Below, in pieces: positions 25,361 to 38,967 of a stretch of 53,851 nucleotides of DNA. Below the pieces are notes generated by a model, which searched no databases, was not told the origin of the DNA, and was given only the letters and a program-made list of their open reading frames with translations. Where the stretch lies: positions 4,278,001-4,331,851 of the forward strand of contig CM038999.1 in NCBI GenBank assembly GCA_017499595.2, given 5' to 3'. The DNA comes from Psilocybe cubensis. Its lineage: Eukaryota. Both the position numbers and the translations under genes were made by a program. Within the stretch, counting starts at the first letter, position 1, and every line of letters starts with the position of its first letter.

Positions 25361-28300
25361 GGGGAGCGAGCACCGAGCGAAGCGAGGTGCGAGCGACTAT
25401 TTAAACTGTGAGTTAAAATGAAAGAAGGCCAGAGGGCTGTTGGGGGATCCCAACAACCAGCCCTTTCGTCTTTATAGACTCTTCAGTGGCTATTCTTAGA
25501 AGGAATGTTCTAGACATCCGATGACAGCGCGTGAAGTGATGCTGCGCAGCTGTCATGTATCTTACCGACTATCACAAATCTGTCAATGTTTATTGTCAAG
25601 TTAGACAGGTCTCTGATGAACAGAGTGTCACGGGTCGATGTGGCACATGGTAACCTGTCAAAAGTGGATCCAACACTTTTGTTCTTTGACATTGTGGGTT
25701 ATTGACTGTGATGTGAATCACATGGATATAGATTACTCTGGTTACGTGGCTCCGAGTAACCGCGACATGGGAATATTCACATGTCTAGAGTATAAATAGC
25801 TTACCTGGGTCCTTACCTAACAATCAAACAATAGAATGATTGATTGTTGTGAATCTTAATTGGACAGTTCATGATCCGGTCCATCAAAAATGTTTCCACG
25901 GTACTAAGGAACTTTTCCCGAAGTACTAAGTAACTTTTCCCATGTACTAAATTAGATCCGGCCCTTCACAATCACATGCCGTTCGGAAGTTCACACGCCT
26001 ACCTTACTTCCTACTAAGGTTAGACTTAGTTAGCTTAGGGTTGGGGTTAGGTTAGGGTTTAGGGTTTAGGGTTTAGGGTTTAGGTTTAGCTATTTAATCC
26101 AATGTGTTGCTTGTAAGTAGATGTTTGTTACTTTATAGCAAGGAATACTTACGGTTAGGGTTTTTTTCTAATGCTTTACGCCTTACGCGCTAGTATTCTT
26201 TTCATCGGTTGTAAGATTTGGATATTCTGCCGAATTCTGGATGTTCCCTCTCTTGTGAGATTGAACGTCTATGAAGTATTATCTCGTTATCACTTTCGAT
26301 ACTTATCTGTTCAGCAGCTTCAACTAGAGCAGAATGATAAGTTTCATTAACGTTTTGAGTTTCGGGAACAACACCACCTTTTTCAGCGATGTTTTCATCC
26401 AGTTTACGAAAGACTGTTTTCTTCCACACATTTGCAAGGTCGAAAAGATTAGTATTGCGCTTTCGCGATACTATCCAACGACTTCCGAGTAGTCCTATCT
26501 TCCTCAAATCCGGTACGAACTCAGTTTCTCCGTCCACGAGGATCTGTGTGAACAGCTCCGGGCGAACATCATCGAGGTCGTGAACGTAATTTGGATCTGG
26601 TTTGATAAGGGGTCTGGACGAGTCTGCACTATACAGACCTTTCTCGGCATGTTCATACCATGCCGACCAGTACTCGGTAACAGTCTTTCCAAGTTCAGCA
26701 GCTGAAAACCAATTCCATACCTGATCAAATCTGGTTTTAAGTACAAGAATGGATTCGTCGTGCTCTGCGACTCGTAAAGCGAATCGCTTTTCCCAACGTT
26801 CTTGTATATTCTTCTTACACCAAGACATGACTAGGTTTTCGGGATAACCGCGCATCAAATAGAGAGCGTTAAGGTCTCTAATTGCTCCGATGTAGATTTC
26901 CTTGGTACTACATAGCACGGCTAACCTGGATAACTCTCCAATGTAGACGCCACGTTTGACGTCCAAAGGATGATGTGATACCCATGGAACTCGTTCTCGG
27001 TTGTTTCCTGTCTTGACAAATGGCTTCCAATGAAGTTTTCCAGACTCCTTGAATATGAAAGCATCGAGAAATTGACATCCCGACGAGGAAACAGCCCATT
27101 CGATAACACAACCATCGAACTTTATTGTTTCTTTAATAAGATTAAGTGCAAGTGCTTCGGACTCGGCGTAAACAATTGCGAAACAATCGTCGATGTACCT
27201 TCCATAGAAGGCCACGTTTGGGTGGTCTAAGATTTTTGACTTTATTTCAAAATGGGCTCCAAAGAGGTTAGCAAGGTCCGGAGAATCCGCGACACCCATT
27301 GCGAGGCCATTTTTTTGTCTAAAATATCTAGACCCATGTTGTGTTATCAATTGCGTATTGCCAATCTCGATAGCACGTTTAAAGATGCCCAATTTAACCA
27401 AGTTATTCTCTAACGAATTTGGATTAATATGGGCTAATGCAGTGTTTTCTTCCGAAGCGTTGAGTAACCATTCCTCGTACATATTACAAACGATTTCGAT
27501 GCACAAGTCCAACGGAATATTGGGATAGAAAGCAACTACATCCCCGGTGACAAAATACCATTGTCGTTTGGGGTCTATACGCAATTGGCTTAATCTCGTA
27601 AAGAGATCCTTCGTTCCGTGAATGATTGAAGGAGTCGATTTAATAATCGGCTTAAGCTCTTTTGATACAAACTTGGCTGCAGGATTAAATACTACAGAGT
27701 GACACGGAATTATGGGCCTAAATCCAGTAGGTTTTTTGTGGATTTTAGGTATACCATGAAATTGAGGATACTTGAACGATGATCCGTCTTCCGGTACATT
27801 CGATAGAAAGAATCGAGACAACCCAAGTTCAAATAGAAACAGATGTTCATCTTCGACGGTACGTGCAAGAGTTTGCATCTGGATCATTTTGCTCTTCATT
27901 ACTTCTTGCGCAACTTCGAATTCTAGCTCTTCGTAATTACGTTCATCTTCAAGAAGATTGAGCTCATTCCTTAATATCCAGTCGCGTTCAGACACCGCGA
28001 GGCCAAGATTCTTATCTGTCATCGTAATAACATAGTTGTTATCGATAAGAAACTTTTGGATCTTGTCCCTTTTAGGAGAGAACGCGTGCTTTCGCATCTC
28101 CTTGAGGGCTTCTTCCGGGATACTTGCGATCGTTTTAATAACGTACCGACGTCCCATTGAAAGGCCAAGTTCCATAAATTGCGGTAATACAGGAGGTTTT
28201 TCTTTTTTCTTAGAACTTACTCCATAATCTGGATCAAAAGGTTTATTCATGCCTTCTTTAAACAAAAAATAGATACGCCATCTTATTCTTCGTTGAAAAT

Positions 28301-28475
28301 CATTCCATGCTTGCATGATCAGACTTTGAGAAGGCAGTGTGAAAAACATATAATTTAAACCGAGAGATAAGTCGTTTGCTACATCAACCGGAACTACAAC
28401 ACCAGGACTACAATGTACACTAGATCTATACTGGCCAGCCAATAAGAAAGAAATTGGGGTATTGAGGTGTACAAA
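25358..28475 (-). mobile_element. PLE unit 3, 5'-truncated; hammerhead at 25428-25490
   Basis: pLTR plus RT portion, capped by TTTAGGG at 28476-28528. Confidence 0.93.
26202..28475 (-). pseudogene. 5'-truncated PLE RT ORF (RT domain intact)
   Basis: 746-aa ORF near-identical to the C-terminal part of the full ORF. Confidence 0.88.
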
Positions 28476-28525
28476 GGGTTTAGGGTTTAGGGTTTAGGGT
28501 TTAGGGTTTAGGGTTTTAGGGTTTA

Positions 28526-31042
28526 GGGGGGGAGCGAGCACCGAGCGAAGCGAGGTGCGAGCGACTATTTAAACTGTGAGTTAAAATGAAAGAAGGCCAG
28601 AGGGCTGTTGGGGGATCCCAACAACCAGCCCTTTCGTCTTTATAGACTCTTCAGTGGCTATTCTTAGAAGGAATGTTCTAGACATCCGATGACAGCGCGT
28701 GAAGTGATGCTGCGCAGCTGTCATGTATCTTACCGACTATCACAAATCTGTCAATGTTTATTGTCAAGTTAGACAGGTCTCTGATGAACAGAGTGTCACG
28801 GGTCGATGTGGCACATGGTAACCTGTCAAAAGTGGATCCAACACTTTTGTTCTTTGACATTGTGGGTTATTGACTGTGATGTGAATCACATGGATATAGA
28901 TTACTCTGGTTACGTGGCTCCGAGTAACCGCGACATGGGAATATTCACATGTCTAGAGTATAAATAGCTTACCTGGGTCCTTACCTAACAATCAAACAAT
29001 AGAATGATTGATTGTTGTGAATCTTAATTGGACAGTTCATGATCCGGTCCATCAAAAATGTTTCCACGGTACTAAGGAACTTTTCCCGAAGTACTAAGTA
29101 ACTTTTCCCATGTACTAAATTAGATCCGGCCCTTCACAATCACATGCCGTTCGGAAGTTCACACGCCTACCTTACTTCCTACTAAGGTTAGACTTAGTTA
29201 GCTTAGGGTTGGGGTTAGGTTAGGGTTTAGGGTTTAGGGTTTAGGGTTTAGGTTTAGCTATTTAATCCAATGTGTTGCTTGTAAGTAGATGTTTGTTACT
29301 TTATAGCAAGGAATACTTACGGTTAGGGTTTTTTTCTAATGCTTTACGCCTTACGCGCTAGTATTCTTTTCATCGGTTGTAAGATTTGGATATTCTGCCG
29401 AATTCTGGATGTTCCCTCTCTTGTGAGATTGAACGTCTATGAAGTATTATCTCGTTATCACTTTCGATACTTATCTGTTCAGCAGCTTCAACTAGAGCAG
29501 AATGATAAGTTTCATTAACGTTTTGAGTTTCGGGAACAACACCACCTTTTTCAGCGATGTTTTCATCCAGTTTACGAAAGACTGTTTTCTTCCACACATT
29601 TGCAAGGTCGAAAAGATTAGTATTGCGCTTTCGCGATACTATCCAACGACTTCCGAGTAGTCCTATCTTCCTCAAATCCGGTACGAACTCAGTTTCTCCG
29701 TCCACGAGGATCTGTGTGAACAGCTCCGGGCGAACATCATCGAGGTCGTGAACGTAATTTGGATCTGGTTTGATAAGGGGTCTGGACGAGTCTGCACTAT
29801 ACAGACCTTTCTCGGCATGTTCATACCATGCCGACCAGTACTCGGTAACAGTCTTTCCAAGTTCAGCAGCTGAAAACCAATTCCATACCTGATCAAATCT
29901 GGTTTTAAGTACAAGAATGGATTCGTCGTGCTCTGCGACTCGTAAAGCGAATCGCTTTTCCCAACGTTCTTGTATATTCTTCTTACACCAAGACATGACT
30001 AGGTTTTCGGGATAACCGCGCATCAAATAGAGAGCGTTAAGGTCTCTAATTGCTCCGATGTAGATTTCCTTGGTACTACATAGCACGGCTAACCTGGATA
30101 ACTCTCCAATGTAGACGCCACGTTTGACGTCCAAAGGATGATGTGATACCCATGGAACTCGTTCTCGGTTGTTTCCTGTCTTGACAAATGGCTTCCAATG
30201 AAGTTTTCCAGACTCCTTGAATATGAAAGCATCGAGAAATTGACATCCCGACGAGGAAACAGCCCATTCGATAACACAACCATCGAACTTTATTGTTTCT
30301 TTAATAAGATTAAGTGCAAGTGCTTCGGACTCGGCGTAAACAATTGCGAAACAATCGTCGATGTACCTTCCATAGAAGGCCACGTTTGGGTGGTCTAAGA
30401 TTTTTGACTTTATTTCAAAATGGGCTCCAAAGAGGTTAGCAAGGTCCGGAGAATCCGCGACGCCCATTGCGAGGCCATTTTTTTGTCTAAAATATCTAGA
30501 CCCATGTTGTGTTATCAATTGCGTATTGCCAATCTCGATAGCACGTTTAAAGATGCCCAATTTAACCAAGTTATTCTCTAACGAATTTGGATTAATATGG
30601 GCTAATGCAGTGTTTTCTTCCGAAGCGTTGAGTAACCATTCCTCGTACATATTACAAACGATTTCGATGCACAAGTCCAACGGAATATTGGGATAGAAAG
30701 CAACTACATCCCCGGTGACAAAATACCATTGTCGTTTGGGGTCTATACGCAATTGGCTTAATCTCGTAAAGAGATCCTTCGTTCCGTGAATGATTGAAGG
30801 AGTCGATTTAATAATCGGCTTAAGCTCTTTTGATACAAACTTGGCTGCAGGATTAAATACTACAGAGTGACACGGAATTATGGGCCTAAATCCAGTAGGT
30901 TTTTTGTGGATTTTAGGTATACCATGAAATTGAGGATACTTGAACGATGATCCGTCTTCCGGTACATTCGATAGAAAGAATCGAGACAACCCAAGTTCAA
31001 ATAGAAACAGATGTTCATCTTCGACGGTACGTGCAAGAGTTT
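28526..31042 (-). mobile_element. PLE unit 4, 5'-truncated; hammerhead at 28596-28658
   Basis: pLTR plus ORF fragment, capped by telomeric repeats at 31041-31074. Confidence 0.93.
29370..31042 (-). pseudogene. 5'-truncated PLE RT ORF
   Basis: 539-aa ORF containing RT motifs including YIDD. Confidence 0.88.
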
Positions 31043-31071
31043 TGGGTTTAGGGTTTAGGGTTTAGGGTTTA

Positions 31072-32513
31072 GGGGGGGAGCGAGCACCGAGCGAAGCGAG
31101 GTGCGAGCGACTAGTTTAAACTGTGAGTTTGAAATAGAAAGAAGGCCAGAGGGCTGTTTGGGGGTACAAACGGCCAGCCCTTTCGTCTTTATAGACTCTT
31201 CAGTGGCTATTCTTAGAAGGAATGTTCTGGAACATCCGATGACAGCGCGTGAAGTGATGCTGCGCAGCTGTCATGTATCTTACCGACTATCACAAATCTG
31301 TCAATGTTTATTGTCAAGTTAGACAGGTCTCTGATGAACAGAGTGTCACGGGTCAATGTGGCACATGGTAACCTGTCAAAAGTGGATCCAACACTTTTGT
31401 TCTTTGACATCGTGGGTTATTGACTGTGATGTGAATCACATGGATATAGATTACTCTGGTTACGTGGCTCCGAGTAACCGCGACATGGGAATATTCACAT
31501 GTCTAGAGTATAAATAGCTTACCTGGGTCCTTACCTAACAATCAAAAAATAGAATGATTGATTGTTGTGAATCTTAATTGGACAATTCATGATCCGGTCC
31601 ATCAAAAATGTTTCCACGGTACTAAGGAACTTTTCCCGAAGTACTAAGTAACTTTTCCCATGTACTAAATTAGATCCGGCCCTTCACAATCACATGCCGT
31701 TCGGAAGTTCACACGCCTACCTTACTTCCTACTAAGGTTAGACTTAGTTAGCTTAGGGTTGGGGTTAGGTTAGGGCTTAGGGTTTAGGGTTTAGGGTTTA
31801 GGTTTAGGTTTAGCTATTCAATCCAATGTGTTGCTTGTAAGTAGATGTTTGTTACTTTATAGCAATGAATACTTACGGTTAGGGTTTTTTTCTAATGCTT
31901 TACGCCTTAAGCGCTAGTATTCTTTTCATCGGTTGTAAGATTTGGATATTCTGCCGAATTCTGGATGTTCCCTCTCTTGTGAGATTGAACGTCTATGAAG
32001 TATTATCTCGTTATCGCTTTCGATACTTATCTGTTCAGCAGCTTCAACTAGAGCAGAATGATAAGTTTCATTAACGTTTTGAGTTTCGGGAACAACACCA
32101 CCTTTTTCGGCAATGTCTTCATCCAGTTTACGAAAAACTGTTTTCTTCCACACATTTGCAAGGTCGAAAAGATTAGTATTGCGCTTTCGCGATACTATCC
32201 AACGACTTCCGAGTAGTCCTATCTTCCTCAAATCCGGTACGAACTCAGTTTCTCCGTCCACGAGGATCTGTGTGAACAGCTCCGGGCGAACATCATCGAG
32301 GTCGTGAACGTAATTTGGATCTGGTTTGATAAGGGGTCTGGACGAGTCTGCACTATACAGACCTTTCTCGGCATGTTCATACCATGCCGACCAGTACTCG
32401 GTAACAGTTTTTCCAAGTTCAGCAGCTGAAAACCAATTCCATACCTGATCAAACCTGGTTTTAAGTACAAGAATGGATTCGTCGTGCTCTGCGACTCGTA
32501 AAGCAAATCGCTT
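31072..32513 (-). mobile_element. PLE unit 5, heavily 5'-truncated (ORF tail 31926-32513); hammerhead at 31145-31207
   Basis: pLTR plus C-terminal ORF tail, capped by TTTAGGG at 32512-32573. Confidence 0.92.
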
Positions 32514-32570
32514 AGGGTTTAGGGTTTAGGGTTTAGGGTTTAGGGTTTAGGGTTTAGGGTTTAGGGTTTA

Positions 32571-34290
32571 GGGGGGGAGCGAGCACCGAGCGAAGCGAGG
32601 TGCGAGCGACTAGTTTAAACTGTGAGTTTGAAATAGAAAGAAGGCCAGAGGGCTGTTGGGGGATCCCAACAACCAGCCCTTTCGTCTTTATAGACTCTTC
32701 AGTGGCTATTCTTTAGAAGGAATGTTCTAGACATCCGATGACAGCGCGTGAAGTGATGCTGCGCAGCTGTCATGTATCTTACCGACTATCACAAATCTGT
32801 CAATGTTTATTGTCAAGTTAGACAGGTCTCTGATGAACAGAGTGTCACGGGTCGATGTGGCACATGGTAACCTGTCAAAAGTGGATCCAACACTTTTGTT
32901 CTTTGACATCGTGGGTTATTGACTGTGATGTGAATCACATGGATATAGATTACTCTGGTTACGTGGCTCCGAGTAACCGCGACATGGGAATATTCACATG
33001 TCTAGAGTATAAATAGCTTACCTGGGTCCTTACCTAACAATCAAACAATAGAATGATTGATTGTTGTGAATCTTAATTGGACAGTTCATGATCCGGTCCA
33101 TCAAAAATGTTTCCACGGTACTAAGGAACTTTTCCCGAAGTACTAAGTAACTTTTCCCATGTACTAAATTAGATCCGGCCCTTCACAATCACATGCCGTT
33201 CGGAAGTTCACACGCCTACCTTACTTCCTACTAAGGTTAGACTTAGTTAGCTTAGGGTTGGGGTTAGGTTAGGGTTTAGGGTTTAGGGTTTAGGGTTTAG
33301 GTTTAGCTATTTAATCCAAAGTGTTGCTTGTAAGTAGATGTTTGTTACTTTATAGCAAGGAATACTTACGGTTAGGGTTTTTTTCTAATGCTTTACGCCT
33401 TACGCGCTAGTATTCTTTTCATCGGTTGTAAGATTTGGATATTCTGCCGAATTCTGGATGTTCCCTCTCTTGTGAGATTGAACGTCTATGAAGTATTATC
33501 TCGTTATCACTTTCGATACTTATCTGTTCAGCAGCTTCAACTAGAGCAGAATGATAAGTTTCATTAACGTTTTGAGTTTCGGGAACAACACCACCTTTTT
33601 CAGCGATGTTTTCATCCAGTTTACGAAAGACTGTTTTCTTCCACACATTTGCAAGGTCGAAAAGATTAGTATTGCGCTTTCGCGATACTATCCAACGACT
33701 TCCGAGTAGTCCTATCTTCCTCAAATCCGGTACGAACTCAGTTTCTCCGTCCACGAGGATCTGTGTGAACAGCTCCGGGCGAACATCATCGAGGTCGTGA
33801 ACGTAATTTGGATCTGGTTTGATAAGGGGTCTGGACGAGTCTGCACTATACAGACCTTTCTCGGCATGTTCATACCATGCCGACCAGTACTCGGTAACAG
33901 TCTTTCCAAGTTCAGCAGCTGAAAACCAATTCCATACCTGATCAAATCTGGTTTTAAGTACAAGAATGGATTCATCGTGCTCTGCGACTCGTAAAGCGAA
34001 TCGCTTTTCCCAACGTTCTTGTATATTCTTCTTACACCAAGACATGACTAGGTTTTCGGGATAACCGCGCATCAAATAGAGAGCGTTAAGGTCTCTAATT
34101 GCTCCGATGTAGATTTCCTTGGTACTACATAGCACGGCTAACCTGGATAACTCTCCAATGTAGACGCCACGTTTGACGTCCAAAGGATGATGTGATACCC
34201 ATGGAACTCGTTCTCGGTTGTTTCCTGTCTTGACAAATGGCTTCCAATGAAGTTTTCCAGACTCCTTGAATATGAAAGCATCGAGAAATT
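32571..34290 (-). mobile_element. PLE unit 6, 5'-truncated (ORF tail 33419-34290); hammerhead at 32644-32706
   Basis: pLTR plus ORF tail, followed by a short irregular telomeric tract. Confidence 0.92.
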
Positions 34291-35152
34291 TTAGGGTTAG
34301 GGGTTTAGGGGGGGAGCGAGCACCGAGCGAAGCGAGGTGCGAGCGACTAGTTTAAACTGGGAGTTAAAATGGAAAGAAGCCAGAGGGCTGTTGGGGGATC
34401 CCAACAACCAGCCCTTTCGTCTTTATAGACTCTTCAGTGGCTATTCTTAGAAGGAATGTTCTAGACATCCGATGACAGCGCGTGAAGTGATGCTGCGCAG
34501 CTGTCATGTATCTTACCGACTATCACAAATCTGTCAATGTTTATTGTCAAGTTAGACAGGTCTCTGATGAACAGAGTGCCACGGGTCGATGTGGCACATG
34601 GTAACCTGTCAAAAGTGGATCCAACACTTTTGTTCTTTGACATCGTGGGTTATTGACTGTGATGTGAATCACATGGATATAGATTACTCTGGTTACGTGG
34701 CTCCGAGTAACCGCGACATGGGAATATTCACATGTCTAGAGTATAAATAGCTTACCTGGGTCCTTACCTAACAATCAAACAATAGAATGATTGATTGTTG
34801 TGAATCTTAATTGGACAGTTCATGATCCGGTCCATCAAAAATGTTTCCACGGTACTAAGGAACTTTTCCCGAAGTACTAAGTAACTTTTCCCATGTACTA
34901 AATTAGATCCGGCCCTTCACAATCACATGCCGTTCGGAAGTTCACACGCCTACCTTACTTCCTACTAAGGTTAGACTTAGTTAGCTTAGGGTTGGGGTTA
35001 GGTTAGGGTTTAGGGTTTAGGGTTTAGGGTTTAGGTTTAGCTATTTAATCCAAAGTGTTGCTTGTAAGTAGATGTTTGTTACTTTATAGCAAGGGATACT
35101 TACGGTTAGGGTTTTTTTCTAATGCTTTACGCCTTACGCGCTAGTATTCTTT

Positions 35153-38100
35153 TCATCGGTTGTAAGATTTGGATATTCTGCCGAATTCTGGATGTTCCCT
35201 CTCTTGTGAGGTTGAACGTCTATGAAGTATTATCTCGTTATCACTTTCGATACTTATCTGTTCAGCAGCTTCAACTAGAGCAGAATGATAAGTTTCATTA
35301 ACGTTTTGAGTTTCGGGAACAACACCACCTTTTTCAGCGATGTTTTCATCCAGTTTACGAAAGACTGTTTTCTTCCACACATTTGCAAGGTCGAAAAGAT
35401 TAGTATTGCGCTTTCGCGATACTATCCAACGACTTCCGAGTAGTCCTATCTTCCTCAAATCCGGTACGAACTCAGTTTCTCCGTCCACGAGGATCTGTGT
35501 GAACAGCTCCGGGCGAACATCATCGAGGTCGTGAACGTAATTTGGATTTGGTTTGATAAGGGGTCTGGACGAGTCTGCACTATACAGACCTTTCTCGGCA
35601 TGTTCATACCATGCCGACCAGTACTCGGTAACAGTCTTTCCAAGTTCAGCAGCTGAAAACCAATTCCATACCTGATCAAATCTGGTTTTAAGTACAAGAA
35701 TGGATTCGTCGTGCTCTGCGACTCGTAAAGCGAATCGCTTTTCCCAACGTTCTTGTATATTCTTCTTACACCAAGACATGACTAGGTTTTCGGGATAACC
35801 GCGCATCAAATAGAGAGCGTTAAGGTCTCTAATTGCTCCGATGTAGATTTCCTTGGTACTACATAGTACGGCTAACCTGGATAACTCTCCAATGTAGACG
35901 CCACGTTTGACGTCCAAAGGATGATGTGATACCCATGGAACTCGTTCTCGGTTGTTTCCTGTCTTGACAAATGGCTTCCAATGAAGTTTTCCAGACTCCT
36001 TGAATATGAAAGCATCGAGAAATTGACATCCCGACGAGGAAACAGCCCATTCGATAACACAACCATCGAACTTTATTGTTTCTTTAATAAGATTAAGTGC
36101 AAGTGCTTCGGACTCGGCGTAAACAATTGCGAAACAATCGTCGATGTACCTTCCATAGAAGGCCACGTTTGGGTGGTCTAAGATTTTTGACTTTATTTCA
36201 AAATGGGCTCCAAAGAGGTTAGCAAGGTCCGGAGAATCCGCGACGCCCATTGCGAGGCCATTTTTTTGTCTAAAATATCTAGACCCATGTTGTGTTATCA
36301 ATTGCGTATTGCCAATCTCGATAGCACGTTTAAAGATGCCCAATTTAACCAAGTTATTCTCTAACGAATTTGGATTAATATGGGCTAATGCAGTGTTTTC
36401 TTCCGAAGCGTTGAGTAACCATTCCTCGTACATATTACAAACGATTTCGATGCACAAGTCCAACGGAATATTGGGATAGAAAGCAACTACATCCCCGGTG
36501 ACAAAATACCATTGTCGTTTGGGGTCTATACGCAATTGGCTTAATCTCGTAAAGAGATCCTTCGTTCCGTGAATGATTGAAGGAGTCGATTTAATAATCG
36601 GCTTAAGCTCTTTTGATACAAACTTGGCTGCAGGATTAAATACTACAGAGTGACACGGAATTATGGGCCTAAATCCAGTAGGTTTTTTGTGGATTTTAGG
36701 TATACCATGAAATTGAGGATACTTGAACGATGATCCGTCTTCCGGTACATTTGATAGAAAAAATCGAGACAACCCAAGTTCAAATAGAAACAGATGTTCA
36801 TCTTCGACAGTACGTGCGAGCGTTTGCATCTGAATCATTTTGCTCTTCATAACTTCTTGAGCAACTTCGAATTCTAACTCTTCGTAGTTGCGTTCATCTT
36901 CAAGAAGATTGAGCTCATTCCTTATTATCCAGTCGCGTTCAGACACCGCGAGGCCAAGATTCTTATCTGTCATCGTAATAACATAGTTGTTATCGATAAG
37001 AAACTTACGGATCTTGTCCCTTTTAGGAGAGAACGCGTGCTTTCGCATCTCCGTGAGGGCTTCTTCCGGGATACTTGCGATCGTGCGTTGCACGTACCGA
37101 CGTCCCATCGAAAGGCCAAGTTCCATATATTGCGGTAATACAGGAGGTTTTTCTTTTTTCTTAGAACTTACTCCATAATCTGGATCAAAAGGTTTATTCA
37201 TGCCTTCTTTAAACAAAAAATAGATACGCCATCTTATTCTTCGTTGAAAATCATTCCATGCTTGCATGATCAGACTTTGAGAAGGCAGTGTGAAAAACAT
37301 ATAATTTAAACCGAGAGATAAGTCGTTTGCTACATCAACCGGAACTACAACACCAGGACTACAATGTACACTAGATCTATACTGGCCAGCCAATAAGAAA
37401 GAAATTGGGGTATTGAGGTGTACAAATGAAACTGCGTCTGTTTTAGTCATGGTGAGTATATCGTCAGGAATAGAGTTGGGGAAAGCGGGTCTTACCGACG
37501 TAAAAGGTACTACATTAGACCGCGCGTTTAGGCTCTTGCCTTTCCCTTTCCCTTTGGATTGTTGTTCTTGACGGGAGCTCTCCCCTTCCCTTTCTTCTTG
37601 TTGTCGACCTTGTTGGAAGCCTTGGTTTGAGGCTTGCGTTGCGAAGGCGTCGACGACGACTTGGGTTTCGAAGGGCCAGTTTTCTTGGCCTGAGGTTGAG
37701 GAGCCTTGGACGAACTCTGGCCAGACGAAGTCTGGGTAATTAGAATAATAATTAGTATCCAAAGTTATGGGTGAAGGGTTACGAAAACCTGCCTTCTTGC
37801 CCACATATCCAAGGTTGAGCTTCTTAAGACGTGCATTCAAGCCCTTATCAATAAGGGATTGAATCGACGGACCTGGTTTGGTCGCGTCGGCCATCTCGAC
37901 ATCGGCTGTAGCCGCGGTCGACCGCTTTTTCTCAATCTTAATTGCCAAAGCGCGGTGGCGCAATTTGACAATTTGTTTGATATGAGAAAAGATAGCCGGC
38001 AGTATAGTTTGCAGCGCACTGCACTCGGCTTTCTTTTGCGGCGACGTTACCCACTCTGCTATGCGACGAACTCCCTTGTTGTCTGTAGAGAAAACGGGGA

Positions 38101-38686
38101 GCTTATAGCTGGACTTGCGGTCTTCGTAAGTTGTCTTAACGATGACCGCAGCAGCTTCATAGCAAGAAGCGAGTGCGCATTTATCCTCCCAAAAGGCCAG
38201 TTCGTCCTTTTTCGCCTGAATGGCGCCGTCGTTAATCGCCTTTTGGAAGACGTCACGAGCGGTGGAGAACGTAGTAGAGACTCGAAGAGCCTCCGCTGAC
38301 CCGGCATCCGCGAATTCCTTCGTGAGTTGGAACTCGGGAGCCTTCACCTTAAGGCGATTGGGGGTGCTGCCTGCGCTAACGGCAAGTTCAAGGCGCTCAA
38401 GGCTAGCCCTGACTGTTTCCCTCTTGTCGCACCACGATGCGAGGTTGAGGAGAAACTCCCTAAGGGCAGCGCGATAGTCAAAAAAGACGCAGTCTATTAT
38501 TTGATCAACGGAGCGGCACTCAGCTATTTTCTTGATGACCACAGTGGCCAGCTCGTCGATGAGAGCGTTTTGGCGGCCTGCTTCATCGTTGACGCCGAAG
38601 ACGGTGTTGTTGACGACGGCCTGGGTGAGTGCGTCCAGGGAGGGGGACATGGCACGAGAGAAAGCAGCAGAATATTGGGATGACAT
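35153..38686 (-). CDS. Full-length EN-less PLE reverse transcriptase (1177 aa, N-terminal ORF1-like region plus RT)
   Basis: ATG start; RT motifs GDVVAFYPNI / GLAMG / YIDD / FLD; SHHP and RGYP C-terminal motifs; no GIY-YIG. Confidence 0.95.
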   Translation of the reverse strand: MSSQYSAAFSRAMSPSLDALTQAVVNNTVFGVNDEAGRQNALIDELATVVIKKIAECRSVDQIIDCVFFDYRAALREFLLNLASWCDKRETVRASLERLELAVSAGSTPNRLKVKAPEFQLTKEFADAGSAEALRVSTTFSTARDVFQKAINDGAIQAKKDELAFWEDKCALASCYEAAAVIVKTTYEDRKSSYKLPVFSTDNKGVRRIAEWVTSPQKKAECSALQTILPAIFSHIKQIVKLRHRALAIKIEKKRSTAATADVEMADATKPGPSIQSLIDKGLNARLKKLNLGYVGKKAGFRNPSPITLDTNYYSNYPDFVWPEFVQGSSTSGQENWPFETQVVVDAFATQASNQGFQQGRQQEEREGESSRQEQQSKGKGKGKSLNARSNVVPFTSVRPAFPNSIPDDILTMTKTDAVSFVHLNTPISFLLAGQYRSSVHCSPGVVVPVDVANDLSLGLNYMFFTLPSQSLIMQAWNDFQRRIRWRIYFLFKEGMNKPFDPDYGVSSKKKEKPPVLPQYMELGLSMGRRYVQRTIASIPEEALTEMRKHAFSPKRDKIRKFLIDNNYVITMTDKNLGLAVSERDWIIRNELNLLEDERNYEELEFEVAQEVMKSKMIQMQTLARTVEDEHLFLFELGLSRFFLSNVPEDGSSFKYPQFHGIPKIHKKPTGFRPIIPCHSVVFNPAAKFVSKELKPIIKSTPSIIHGTKDLFTRLSQLRIDPKRQWYFVTGDVVAFYPNIPLDLCIEIVCNMYEEWLLNASEENTALAHINPNSLENNLVKLGIFKRAIEIGNTQLITQHGSRYFRQKNGLAMGVADSPDLANLFGAHFEIKSKILDHPNVAFYGRYIDDCFAIVYAESEALALNLIKETIKFDGCVIEWAVSSSGCQFLDAFIFKESGKLHWKPFVKTGNNRERVPWVSHHPLDVKRGVYIGELSRLAVLCSTKEIYIGAIRDLNALYLMRGYPENLVMSWCKKNIQERWEKRFALRVAEHDESILVLKTRFDQVWNWFSAAELGKTVTEYWSAWYEHAEKGLYSADSSRPLIKPNPNYVHDLDDVRPELFTQILVDGETEFVPDLRKIGLLGSRWIVSRKRNTNLFDLANVWKKTVFRKLDENIAEKGGVVPETQNVNETYHSALVEAAEQISIESDNEIILHRRSTSQEREHPEFGRISKSYNR
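37528..38686 (-). CDS. Predicted spliced ORF1 isoform (exons 38686-37793 and 37731-37528; ~365 aa with basic C-terminal tail)
   Basis: GC-AG intron at 37732-37792; stop is TAA here and TAG in the other copies. Confidence 0.6.
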
Positions 38687-38798
38687 AGTGGCTGATGGGT
38701 GATAGCAAAGTCGTTGGGTTTAGGGGGGGAGCGAGCACCGAGCGAAGCGAGGTGCGAGCGACTAGTTTAAACTGGGAGTTAAAATGGAAAGAAGCCAG

Positions 38799-38948
38799 CG
38801 GCTCGTGATTTTTTACGGGCGTGGACCAGTGCAAGCAATGGGCGCTACCGTACAGGCAAACGATCACTACATACCGCTCATGACAAAAGAGCAGGCTATT
38901 GCCTATTAAGTCCTTTACCAAGGGACACTCTCATGCCATTGGACATGG
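38799..38948 (-). ncRNA. 3'-terminal 150 nt of the group I intron, at the hammerhead insertion site; truncated and telomere-capped
   Basis: Matches 50050-50199; junction GAAGCCAG|CGGCTCGTG. Confidence 0.9.
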
Positions 38949-38967
38949 TTTTAGGGTTTAGGGTTTA

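Larger units (their letters stand above)
34308..38948 (-). mobile_element. PLE unit 7, full-length ORF, with partial upstream pLTR interrupted by a group I intron fragment; hammerhead at 34379-34441
   Basis: pLTR, 1177-aa ORF, leader, second GGGTTTAGGGGGGGAGCGAGC segment, intron 3' end, then telomere repeats. Confidence 0.95.

Noticed and set aside
28512-28521. Variant telomeric units (TTTTAGGG, TTTAGGGG) as a signal
   Set aside because: Sporadic homopolymer changes, compatible with sequencing error or telomerase slippage.
35153-38686. RT as telomerase (TERT), LINE or LTR pol
   Set aside because: It is multicopy and tandem, has PLE-type motifs, and lacks the T motif, APE/RLE, RNase H, protease and integrase signatures.
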